A DNA stretch of 64,000 bases from Rubripirellula sp. Its GTDB lineage: Bacteria > Planctomycetota > Planctomycetia > Pirellulales > Pirellulaceae. Made by a program: the position numbers and the translations under genes. The stretch covers positions 416,001 through 480,000 of the forward strand of contig OZ244207.1 of NCBI GenBank assembly GCA_965216875.1. Direction: 5' to 3'. This document shows, piece by piece, positions 48,442 through 57,800 of this stretch (within the stretch, counting starts at the first letter, position 1; the number at the start of each line of letters is the position of its first letter). Under the pieces are notes generated by a model, which saw only the letters and a program-made list of their open reading frames with translations, did no database searches and was not told the DNA's origin.

Positions 48442-49518
48442 TTACCAGCGCATCAGGGCTGTGCCCCAGGCCAGTCCGGCTCCGAAACCGCAAAGGAGAA
48501 CGAGGTCGCCTTTCTTGATGCGTCCTTCGCTCGCCGCTTCGCAAAGGGCCAGCGGAATGCTCGCCGCCGATGTGTTCCCGTAGCGATCAAGGTTCACGTA
48601 GACCTTTTCCTCGGGGACGTTCAAATCGGAGACTGCCGAGTCGATGATGCGTTGATTGGCTTGATGCAACACGACCAATCCGAGTTGGTCACTGGTGACA
48701 CCCGCCTCGGTCATCACTTGTTTGGCACTCTCATCAAAAACGCGCACGGCCCACTTGAAGACGTTGCGTCCGTCCATGCGCAAGTACTGTTGCCCTGATT
48801 GATGCGCTTCAGGCGTCAGCGACTGACGCGTTCCGCCGGCGGGAACACAAAGCATCTCGCCGCCGCAACCTTCGCTACCGAGTTGGTACGAAAGGATGCC
48901 TTCGCCACCGGCGTTGGGCTTCAAGATCGCGGCACCCGCTGCGTCACCAAAGAGCGGGTATGTTTTCTTGTCTTCTGGATTGACCGTGCGGCTCATGAGG
49001 TCAGCGCCAACGACCAACGCACACTTGCTGTTTCCAGCTGCGATGAATTGGCCAGCGGTGACCATGCCGTACATGAATCCGGCACACGCTGCGTTGACGT
49101 CCATGGCTGGGGCGAACACGCCCAAGCGTTTTTGTAAGTGACACGCTGTCGAAGGTGTCGGATGATCGGGGGTCATCGTCGCGACGATGATCAGATCGAT
49201 TTCTTCGGCCGTCACCCCAGCACGCTGCATCGCTTCGACCGAGGCGGCGTAACAGAGATCGCTGGTGGCTTGGTCCTCGGCAGCTCGGCGACGCTCCAGG
49301 ATGCCGGTGCGACGGACGATCCATTCGCTGTCACAGCCAAGAGCGGCCAAGTCCTCGTTCGTCACCACTTCTTCGGGGACATACGCGCCCAGTGAAGCGA
49401 TCTCGACGCCAGCGACCTTTCCCATGCGGCCACGTCGATTCGCTGTGGCGGGCACCTTTTTGGTCATGGCATGTCGAGGACGAACCCGATTTCTTGCGGT
49501 CGAAGTCAGTTCGGTCAT
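48442..49518 (-). CDS. fabH: 3-oxoacyl-ACP synthase III
   Basis: WIVRRTGILERR, AACAGF (Cys), LFGDAAGA, LHQAN (His), YGNTSAAS (Asn), GFGAGLAWG; start 49518 or 49467. Confidence 0.95.
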   Translation of the reverse strand: MTELTSTARNRVRPRHAMTKKVPATANRRGRMGKVAGVEIASLGAYVPEEVVTNEDLAALGCDSEWIVRRTGILERRRAAEDQATSDLCYAASVEAMQRAGVTAEEIDLIIVATMTPDHPTPSTACHLQKRLGVFAPAMDVNAACAGFMYGMVTAGQFIAAGNSKCALVVGADLMSRTVNPEDKKTYPLFGDAAGAAILKPNAGGEGILSYQLGSEGCGGEMLCVPAGGTRQSLTPEAHQSGQQYLRMDGRNVFKWAVRVFDESAKQVMTEAGVTSDQLGLVVLHQANQRIIDSAVSDLNVPEEKVYVNLDRYGNTSAASIPLALCEAASEGRIKKGDLVLLCGFGAGLAWGTALMRW

Positions 49519-49674
49519 TCGCGCTCGAGAAGGGGTAGGATGTCTGTATGAAAAATGTGCGCAGGATCCATTGCACAGCACTGAAAAATCAGCTCTGAGT
49601 ATAACGAGACAGGCCCTACGTTAGTAGATGTTCCTTCGTTCGCAGCGTCCCCCCCGAAGAGATCGAGCGTTAAT

Positions 49675-50817
49675 GTGGCAATTGCCAACCTTCGTCGCGG
49701 ATTGATGGCGGTGGCCTTGCTAGCTGGCATCTCCGCAGCGATTGGGCTGGCGTGGCATTCCCGCTTCCAACCGCCTCGTTTTTTCGAGGTTGCAGGTCCC
49801 TCGATGGTTCCGACGCTGGTCGGCCCCTCGCTCGACGCGCACTGTCAGCGGTGTCGAAGCCGCACGCGTGTCTCACCAACTGCTGCAACCAGCAACAGCA
49901 TCCATCGCATCTGCTCGCTGTGCGGAGGGACGCTCCACTTGGCGGACTCACCGATTCCGCCAGACGTCGTCGAGATTGAACCTGTCGCATCCGACGCAGC
50001 GCTTTCAAGGGGAATGCTTGTCGCGTTTGAGAACGATCACTTGATGGTCAAACGCATCGCGGGCCTCGAAGGCGACGAGATCGGCATCGACCAAGCAACT
50101 CGCCAATTGACGCTCAATGCCATACCCCTCATCGATGCACTCGCCGAACAACTGGGGCCAGAAAGCCTGCCCACGTTGTTGGTGGATCGCGACGCAGGTC
50201 GGGATGTCTCGCGATGGGTTGGGGCGCGCGGTTGGCACCGCGATGAATCAGGCCGATGGCGTTTCGAAAACGACCACGCGACTCAATCTGGCGAAACGTG
50301 GCTGGTCTATCACCATCAAAGTGTGCATGACCACAACCTGCCCAGCCGCATCATGGACGACTATCCGTTCAACGTAGGTGTGACGCGCAAATTGATTGGA
50401 GTGGGTCGATTCCGAGTTTCAGCGGAAGTGCGTTCGGACATGCCGGTGGAGCTAGAGGTCGCCTTCTGGAGTCACGATGGCCCACGCTCGACGACCTTCA
50501 AGAACTGCCAAGGTGAGTTTTCGGCAACCTCTTTCCAGTCGATTGCAAACGCGTCGCTGCCCGTCACCCCAACGACACCGGTTGCGATCCGAGTCGACGC
50601 CGCGGTGATGCTGACCGACATCATCCTTGACCGTTTCGTGCAATACCGATTACGCCCGCGCGATGACGATTCGCTATACCCACTGAAGCTTGCACGCGGA
50701 CAGTTGTTTGTTGTTGGCGACAACGTGCCGGTGTCCAAAGATAGCCGCGAGTTTGGCGCCGTGAGCACGAAACAAATCGTTGGCACCGTATCACCGGTTC
50801 GATCAGACCCGCAATGA
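49675..50817 (+). CDS. Signal peptidase I (S26)-like protein
   Basis: N-terminal TM, GPSMVPTL (Ser), MVKRIAG (Lys), GDNVPVSKDSR box E; CQRC/CSLC insert. Confidence 0.8.
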   Translation: MAIANLRRGLMAVALLAGISAAIGLAWHSRFQPPRFFEVAGPSMVPTLVGPSLDAHCQRCRSRTRVSPTAATSNSIHRICSLCGGTLHLADSPIPPDVVEIEPVASDAALSRGMLVAFENDHLMVKRIAGLEGDEIGIDQATRQLTLNAIPLIDALAEQLGPESLPTLLVDRDAGRDVSRWVGARGWHRDESGRWRFENDHATQSGETWLVYHHQSVHDHNLPSRIMDDYPFNVGVTRKLIGVGRFRVSAEVRSDMPVELEVAFWSHDGPRSTTFKNCQGEFSATSFQSIANASLPVTPTTPVAIRVDAAVMLTDIILDRFVQYRLRPRDDDSLYPLKLARGQLFVVGDNVPVSKDSREFGAVSTKQIVGTVSPVRSDPQ

Positions 50818-50819
50818 CC

Positions 50820-50881
50820 GTTTGTAGTACCGAGCTTTAGCCGGAACCTTCACTGCGCATCCGCCTGACAGCGGTACGAAC
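50820..50881. repeat. REP-like family D doublet, degenerate
   Basis: GTTTGTAGTACCGAGCTTTAGCCGGAA...CCGCCTGACAGCGGTACGAAC between convergent genes. Confidence 0.65.
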
Positions 50882-50903
50882 CGCGCAACGACAGTCGCCT
50901 CAA

Positions 50904-51935
50904 TCACCGTGGCGGTGGGGGTGGCAATTGCAGTGATTGCGGCTCGGCTGTGAGCGACGATCGGTAGTGTTTCAGCAGTCCATGAACGGATTGAAACTCG
51001 GCTCGGGTCGCTAACGAACGATATTGGGGATTAATTGCCACTTGGTCGAAACGCTGAATGACGGTGGCGATTTCGTCAGCCGTTGGATGTTGTTGAGCGA
51101 GAAAAACCGAACCGGGCAAAGCGAGGTAGTTCTTCCACTGAGGGTCAAGGATTTCGTAGAGCTGCGGCGAAATTTGAGCAAGCTGTCCACGAAGAACGTC
51201 AGCTTCAGTTCCCTGTTGCAAGTGAGGGGCGGCGGTTGGTGTTTGAATCACCGGTTGTTTGGGCGTTGGTAGCTGACCTGCGTAGGCCGCAATCGATTGG
51301 GTCAGTCGCTTGGCCGGCTCGGGCACGATGACTTGGCCTGCAGCGTCGGGAGTGCCGTAGTAACGTGACGTGGCAAGTTGGTCGATTCGAAGCACCGATC
51401 CGTCGATCGAGACGCCTGCGAAGAGTCCTCGGCTGCGTGAGTAGGTGTAGATTTCAGCTCGCAGTCCTGTGTCGGTTGCGACCGCGCCTTGGCGGCCAAC
51501 GGGACCTGCCGCAGCGGCGGCGTCTGCGCCAAGGGTGAGCTTTCCGTTGAGCAGATTTTGAACACTGCTTGGCGTCTTGAAAACCAAAACGATGTCAGAA
51601 GACTGCACTCCGATTTGCCAACCAATGTTTCCACCGGTCAATGTGATAAAGACGGGAGCGTGCCATATTTGTCCCGACTCTCGGATGAACAACAAGCCAC
51701 GTCCGCGTCGTGCGCCGACGACAAAGCTTCCTTTGATCACTTGAGGAATGATTGCGACCGCGTGTGCATCGCTCAGCATCGCTTCGGGAATGCGATGGCC
51801 CGTGGTGGCGAGTGCCTCGTTGAGGACCACCGATGCTTTTGCAATCGTTTCGGATTGCTGATTCTGGGCCGTTGCGGTCGTCGCGTTTGCGAGGATCGCA
51901 GCGATGGCAACAAATAGGACTAGCATCGGTCGCAT
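50904..51935 (-). CDS. Lipid-binding SYLF (Ysc84-like) domain protein
   Basis: GGNIGWQIGVQSSDIVLVF, LGADAAAAAGPVGR, YTYSRSRGLFAGVSIDG; AAGGAGG-like RBS before ATG 51935. Confidence 0.88.
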   Translation of the reverse strand: MRPMLVLFVAIAAILANATTATAQNQQSETIAKASVVLNEALATTGHRIPEAMLSDAHAVAIIPQVIKGSFVVGARRGRGLLFIRESGQIWHAPVFITLTGGNIGWQIGVQSSDIVLVFKTPSSVQNLLNGKLTLGADAAAAAGPVGRQGAVATDTGLRAEIYTYSRSRGLFAGVSIDGSVLRIDQLATSRYYGTPDAAGQVIVPEPAKRLTQSIAAYAGQLPTPKQPVIQTPTAAPHLQQGTEADVLRGQLAQISPQLYEILDPQWKNYLALPGSVFLAQQHPTADEIATVIQRFDQVAINPQYRSLATRAEFQSVHGLLKHYRSSLTAEPQSLQLPPPPPR

Positions 51936-52178
51936 AGCGAGGCTCCTTCCTTGAAAACCGATCATTGGGCCTTGGAATCCGATCGTTGGCCGGTGAACAC
52001 GCATTCTAGGAGAATGCCCTGAAGACCAGAACACGAATAATCGCCACGGAGCACGTGCAATCAAGACTTAACCCCTGAATATGTGCCCCTTTCCCGCCGC
52101 CAACGTTGATTCCGGCCCAGAATGAATAATGCTGGTATTCTGTTCCTACCTCTTTCCCCCCGTGACGACTGACTAGCG

Positions 52179-54629
52179 ATGCCCAGGTATGGACTTGCAC
52201 TTTCGGGTGGCGGATTCCGCGCCGTCCTGTATCACTTGGGCGTGGTGCGATTGCTTCGTGACGCCGGGCTGCTAAATCAGATCACGCACATCACAAGCGT
52301 CTCGGGGGGGAGTGTCCTCGGCGCTCATCTTGTCTTGAACTGGGACCGCTACACCGGATCGGACCAAGAGTTCCAAGAAGTGACCGACGAGTTGCTTCAA
52401 TTCCTGCAGCTTGATATTCGCAACCGCATTGTCCGGCGTTTTCCGTTCGCGTCCACAGCGAACATGTTGCGGCGTACCTTTCGACTTGAACGCCGCCGCG
52501 TCTTCACCCGCGCCGGGTTGTTGGAACATCATTACCAGCGTTACTTGTACGGCGACGTCGGACTCTTCAATCTCCCTGAGTCACCGCGTCTTTACATCTT
52601 GGCGACCAACCTAAGCGAAGGTTCCCTGTGCGCGTTCTACCGCGACGGCATGATGCTGCAACGCCGCACGCCAGGCGAACAGATGCAATTCGAGAGCATC
52701 CCTACCGGACTCGCAACGGTTCCGATGGCGGTGGCTGCGTCGTCGGCATTTCCCGGGTTCTTTCCGCCACTTGAATTGCGTAGCAGCGAAGTTGGAGCGC
52801 GTGAGGGTGAATTTGGTCGGCAGTCCTTTACCGATGGCGGGATCTACGACAACATCGGATTGAGGATGTTTCGTCACATCCAGCAATCGACGTTCCGCGA
52901 CATCGACTCGTTTGAACTCGATGACGTCGTTGACGAAAATGCACTCGTCAGATTGCTAAGTGGCAATGAGTTACCGACAAGCAATTCGCCTCACTCGCGA
53001 TTGGTCCAGCGGCTTGACGAACTTGCGCCATCTCAAGGCGAAGTCGCAAGTGAACACAAATGCGCGAGCTTGATCGAGCGTCTCGCGACCGTGATCGAAA
53101 CGGACGAACTCTATCGCGACCCGGTCTTGCGTGATGTCAAGCTGAGCGACCCGACAGCGCAACTTCTGCTTCACGGTTTGAGCGACTCGTCCGAACAAGC
53201 AAACAGTTGTGACCAGATTTGGTTGAACCGCCAAATTGTCGCTTCCGTCATGCATCAAGAGATTGGCCATCGTGTCTTGAGGACAGGACACCGCGGATTC
53301 GATGGCGTCATGGTGAGTGATGCTGGCGCGACATTCAAAGTTCGTTCCGAAGGTCGCGCCGGTGGTCTGCTTAGCACTGCGATGCGTTCGACCGACATCT
53401 TGATGGATCGCGTGAACCAGATGGAATTGGAATCCTTCCGGAACACGCCGGGTGTGCTCTTTTTTCCGATCACTCGAATCGTCGATAGCGTTGCCGATCC
53501 CTATGCCCCGCATCGCGAAATCCAACGCAATGCGGCGTTGATTCGCACCGACATGGATCGTTTTTCGGATTTGGAAATTTCGGCGCTCGTTCAGCACGGA
53601 TACTGTGTCGCGAGACAAGCCTGTCGCGAAGAATCATCACTCGACATCAACGACAACCTCAAAGGCGCGCCCTGGGAACCAGTTCAAACGCAGCGTTCCT
53701 CGCGCGGTCCCGTACCCACCCTGTGCGACGAAAAAAATGCATTGCAGCACGCTCGCACGCTACAAAAATCGTCGTCGCGTCGCATCGTTTCGACACTTGT
53801 AAGTTGGCGTGATTGGCCGTCGTACATTTGGGTTCCACTGGTCGCTTGGTTGGTCTGCGTGATCCCCTATTCGTTGTATGAATCGCGCAGGACTGCCGTG
53901 CAACATGGATATGTGGTGACTGCGGTTGCCGAAACCAGTCCAGTCTACCGGCGACTTCTTGAATTGATTGATGGCGGCCCCGTCACGGAACGTCCTCTCG
54001 TTGAATTCGATGAAGTCGATCAACTACAACCGCCAAACTCGGATAGCTTCGAAGTCCTTTCGGACGATCGGATTTTTGACCTGCGGAATTGGACCACGGG
54101 GTCAAAGAACGACGAGGCCTATGCCTATAGCCGACTGCATGTGCGGCGAAAGGTCGAAGCGACCGAAACGCACATTCGATTGCAGGCCAAGTCACGTGAC
54201 CCTGAACTCGATTTCGTTTGTCGCGAGGCGAGTCTGTTTCCGCGCTATCGTCGAATGACGTTGCCCGACGGAAACTACCACTGGGAGATCGATCTCGACT
54301 TTTCTCGCATACCGCATGGTGGCGATGCCGAGGTCGTGTTTGATGGCCACGTTCTAAGCGAGCGGGCAGCAACGTATGGTGACGAGGGGCTCTTTCAGTT
54401 TGCGGTGATGGTCGACACCGCGTTGCTGCAGATCTGGATGTTGATGCCCGACGATCGCGGCTACAAGGATTTCACCATCCGCGGCTACCCGATTGGCGAG
54501 CCAGAGATGACCGAAGTGATCACGCCCACCAACACGGTGCAGTTGCCAATCGGAGCGATTGCGGTCTTTCAATTAATCAACCCGCGACACGACTACCGCT
54601 ACGAATGTCGCTGGACTTGGACTGAATAG
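52179..54629 (+). CDS. Patatin-like phospholipase with TM segment and C-terminal beta-rich domain
   Basis: LALSGGGFRA oxyanion loop, SVSGGS nucleophile, ASSAFPGFF, DGGIYDN. Confidence 0.85.
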   Translation: MPRYGLALSGGGFRAVLYHLGVVRLLRDAGLLNQITHITSVSGGSVLGAHLVLNWDRYTGSDQEFQEVTDELLQFLQLDIRNRIVRRFPFASTANMLRRTFRLERRRVFTRAGLLEHHYQRYLYGDVGLFNLPESPRLYILATNLSEGSLCAFYRDGMMLQRRTPGEQMQFESIPTGLATVPMAVAASSAFPGFFPPLELRSSEVGAREGEFGRQSFTDGGIYDNIGLRMFRHIQQSTFRDIDSFELDDVVDENALVRLLSGNELPTSNSPHSRLVQRLDELAPSQGEVASEHKCASLIERLATVIETDELYRDPVLRDVKLSDPTAQLLLHGLSDSSEQANSCDQIWLNRQIVASVMHQEIGHRVLRTGHRGFDGVMVSDAGATFKVRSEGRAGGLLSTAMRSTDILMDRVNQMELESFRNTPGVLFFPITRIVDSVADPYAPHREIQRNAALIRTDMDRFSDLEISALVQHGYCVARQACREESSLDINDNLKGAPWEPVQTQRSSRGPVPTLCDEKNALQHARTLQKSSSRRIVSTLVSWRDWPSYIWVPLVAWLVCVIPYSLYESRRTAVQHGYVVTAVAETSPVYRRLLELIDGGPVTERPLVEFDEVDQLQPPNSDSFEVLSDDRIFDLRNWTTGSKNDEAYAYSRLHVRRKVEATETHIRLQAKSRDPELDFVCREASLFPRYRRMTLPDGNYHWEIDLDFSRIPHGGDAEVVFDGHVLSERAATYGDEGLFQFAVMVDTALLQIWMLMPDDRGYKDFTIRGYPIGEPEMTEVITPTNTVQLPIGAIAVFQLINPRHDYRYECRWTWTE

Positions 54630-54836
54630 AAGCTTCTCGCCTGCGCCAGGACTCTGAAAGATCCTCTAGCACTGCGAAGGGATTCTACCCCCGAAAGTGC
54701 GGGCGAATCCTTCACCGTTTTTAGACACTTGCGCTTTGCGAGCCTCTACACTGGAATCCACTGCGACGGGGAACCACTGCGGTGAGTGCATGAAAACTTG
54801 CCGCTAGCAGTTCCGTTTGGCAATCGGGAGTCTTGG

Positions 54837-57800
54837 GTGTACCGCATTTTTTTGATCGTCCTCGCTGTATCGCTGGCGACCGCTTCCAAGGTTTCGTTGG
54901 CCCAAGTGGACGATGGGCCCCCTTTGAGCGGCGGCAATCGTCTGACTTACTTGGACGAGTACTGTGATCCTTACTACCCGCATCTCGGCTTCGCCAAACT
55001 GACGACTCCCGCTTGGGTCGGTGACAACGATGTTGATGCCGTCGTCACGCTCGCGATTGACGACATGCGCGACTCTGCAAAGTACGAAGCCTACTTGCGG
55101 CCGATTCTCGAACGGCTCAAGCAAATCGATGGTCGTGCCCCGGTAAGCGTCATGTCCTGCAGTGTGGACCCTGAGGATCCGCTGTTGCAAACCTGGCTCG
55201 ACGAAGGGCTTTCGATCGAAGTGCACACCATCGATCATCCTTGTCCCTGTTTACAGGGGGGCGACTTCGAGCAAGCGAAAGCAACCTACGAAGATTGCGT
55301 CGACCTGATGGCGTCGGTCGAGGGGAATCACCCGGTCGCCTTTCGCATGCCCTGTTGCGACTCGCGAAACACGCCCAGCCCCCGATTCTGGATGGAGGTT
55401 TTTAACCGACGGACCAAGCGTCAGAACTTTTTGCAAATCGATAGTTCGGTCTTCAATGTCTTTACGGGCGACGACCTCGAGCTACCTAAACACTGGCTCG
55501 TCAACCAGCAGGGTGAACCGCGATTCAAACGGTACATCCCTTTTCCGTCCTTTGTGAACACCATCGAAAACTATCCCTATCCCTACGTGATCGCGAAACG
55601 GGTTTGGCAATTCCCGTGCGTTGTTCCAAGTGACTGGGAAGCACAGAACATTCAAAGGCCTAACAACCCGCAAACGGTTGATGACCTGAAAGTGGCACTC
55701 GATGCCACCGTCAAGAAACAAGGCGTCTTCAACCTCGTCTTTCATCCGCACGGCTGGATCCGCAATGATCAAATCGTCGAACTGATTGATTATGCATTCG
55801 AGACGTATGGAGATCGCGTTCTGTTTTTGAACTTCAACGAATGCGTCCAACGCATCAACTCGAACTTGCTCGATGACCAACCCATCCGCCATCCCGACTC
55901 GGGCGATGACAACGGCGTCCGGCTGGCCGATGTCAACAACGACGGGCACTTGGATGTGCTGATTGGCAACGACTCCCAACAGCGGCTGAAGATCTGGCAG
56001 CCATCTCAATCTGCTTGGCTGGAAACGCCGCTTCCGGTCAAGCTTGTGACGGTCCAGGAGGGCACGACGGTTGAGCTTGGTGTGCGTTTGGGGAAGCTTG
56101 ATCAAACGTCACCATGCAGCTTGTTTGTCAGCACAGAAGACCAACAGGGGATTCACCACTTTCGCGGTGGCCGCTTCACAACCGAGCCACTTCCGGTGGG
56201 TTTGTCAGGACTGCAGACATGCGTTGCTGGGATCGACCAAGGTGTGCGGTTGCGTGATTTGGACAACGACGGGATTTGTGAGGTCATCGTCGCCAACCCG
56301 AAAGTCCAACAGATCCTTCAGCGGTCTGGGGCGGGAGATTGGAATGTCGTCTCCGAAGACATTGGTGCGCCGATCGTCGACGCCGATGGACAAGACGCTG
56401 GTGTTCGCTTCATCGATCTCGATCGCGATCGGTTCGTCGACGTTGTTGCCGCCAACGGGGCCGAATCGACTATCCAGCTTTACGATAGCGGCACGCAGGG
56501 ATTCACTCGGCGCATCGAATTGTCCGATCCGCTGCCACCGATCGTTCGTGAAGGAGCCAACAACGGTGTTTGGTTTGCACGTGAGCACATGTGGGTGCAA
56601 AACGAAGACACCCATCGGTTGCCCGACAATGTGGATCGACGAACATTCGGGCAAATGTTGGGTGCCGGTGACCCGCCGCCCAAATCAGCTCAGGCATCGC
56701 TTGATTCGATTCGCGTGCCAGCGGGGTTCGAAGTTGAACTTGTTGCCGCCGAACCGTTAGTGCAAGATCCCGTCGCGATTGACTTTGGCAGTGATGGTCG
56801 GCTTTGGGTCGCCGAAATGGCCGACTATCCGCTTGGCATCGACGACCGGGGAGAACCGGGCGGCCGGATTCGTTTTCTCGAGGACAAAGATGGCGACGGG
56901 ATCTTTGACAAATCAACGTTGTTTCTTGATCAGATCCCGTTTCCAACCGGTGTCATGCAATGGCGTGATGGAGTCATTGTTAGCGCTGCCCCCGAGATCT
57001 TTTTTGCCGCCGACCGCGATGGAGATGGCAAAGCCGAAGTGCGCGAAGTGCTTTATCGTGGCTTTACCGAAGGGAACCAACAACATCGAGTGAACGGGTT
57101 TCGTCGCGGCTTGGACAATTGGGTTTACCTTGCCAACGGCGACAGCGACGGGGTAATCGAATCGCTCAAGACAGGTCAACAAGTCGACATTCGCGGACGC
57201 GACCTGCGCATACGTCCGGACACTGGCGAGATGGACCCGCAAGCAGGTCGGACTCAGTTTGGTCGGCATCGCGATGACCACGGGAATTGGTTTGGATCAA
57301 GCAATCCGTTGCCACTTCGTCATTACATTTTGTCGGACCACTATCAACGTCGAAATCCTCTCGTACCCTCACCGGCCGCCCATCGCGATATTGTGCGGGT
57401 CGACAACAGCCAAGTGTTTCCCGTTTCTCGCGTGTTGAGCCATTGGTCCGGTTACAAGCCGCCGCCGGCCGGGACGCCTCACCGGTTCACCTCTGCTTGC
57501 AGCACCGTTGTTTATCGTGATCAGTTGCTAGGCCGCGAATTCGTGGGCAACACATTCACCTGCGAGCCGGTCCACAACCTCGTCCATCGCCGAAAGCTGA
57601 TCCGAGATGGCATCTCCTTTCGAAGTGAACGCCCCAGCGGTGAGGCGTCACGGGAGTTTCTCGCTTCGAGCGACAGTTGGTTCCGCCCGACCATGGCAAC
57701 CACAGGTACCGATGGTGCGTTGTGGGTGGTTGATATGTACCGGGCCGTCATAGAGCACCCGGAGTGGATCGATGACGAACGCGAAAAACAGCTGTTCTTG

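Noticed and set aside
52179..54629. CBASS CapV effector
   Set aside because: No CD-NTase or cap genes nearby; size and TM layout differ
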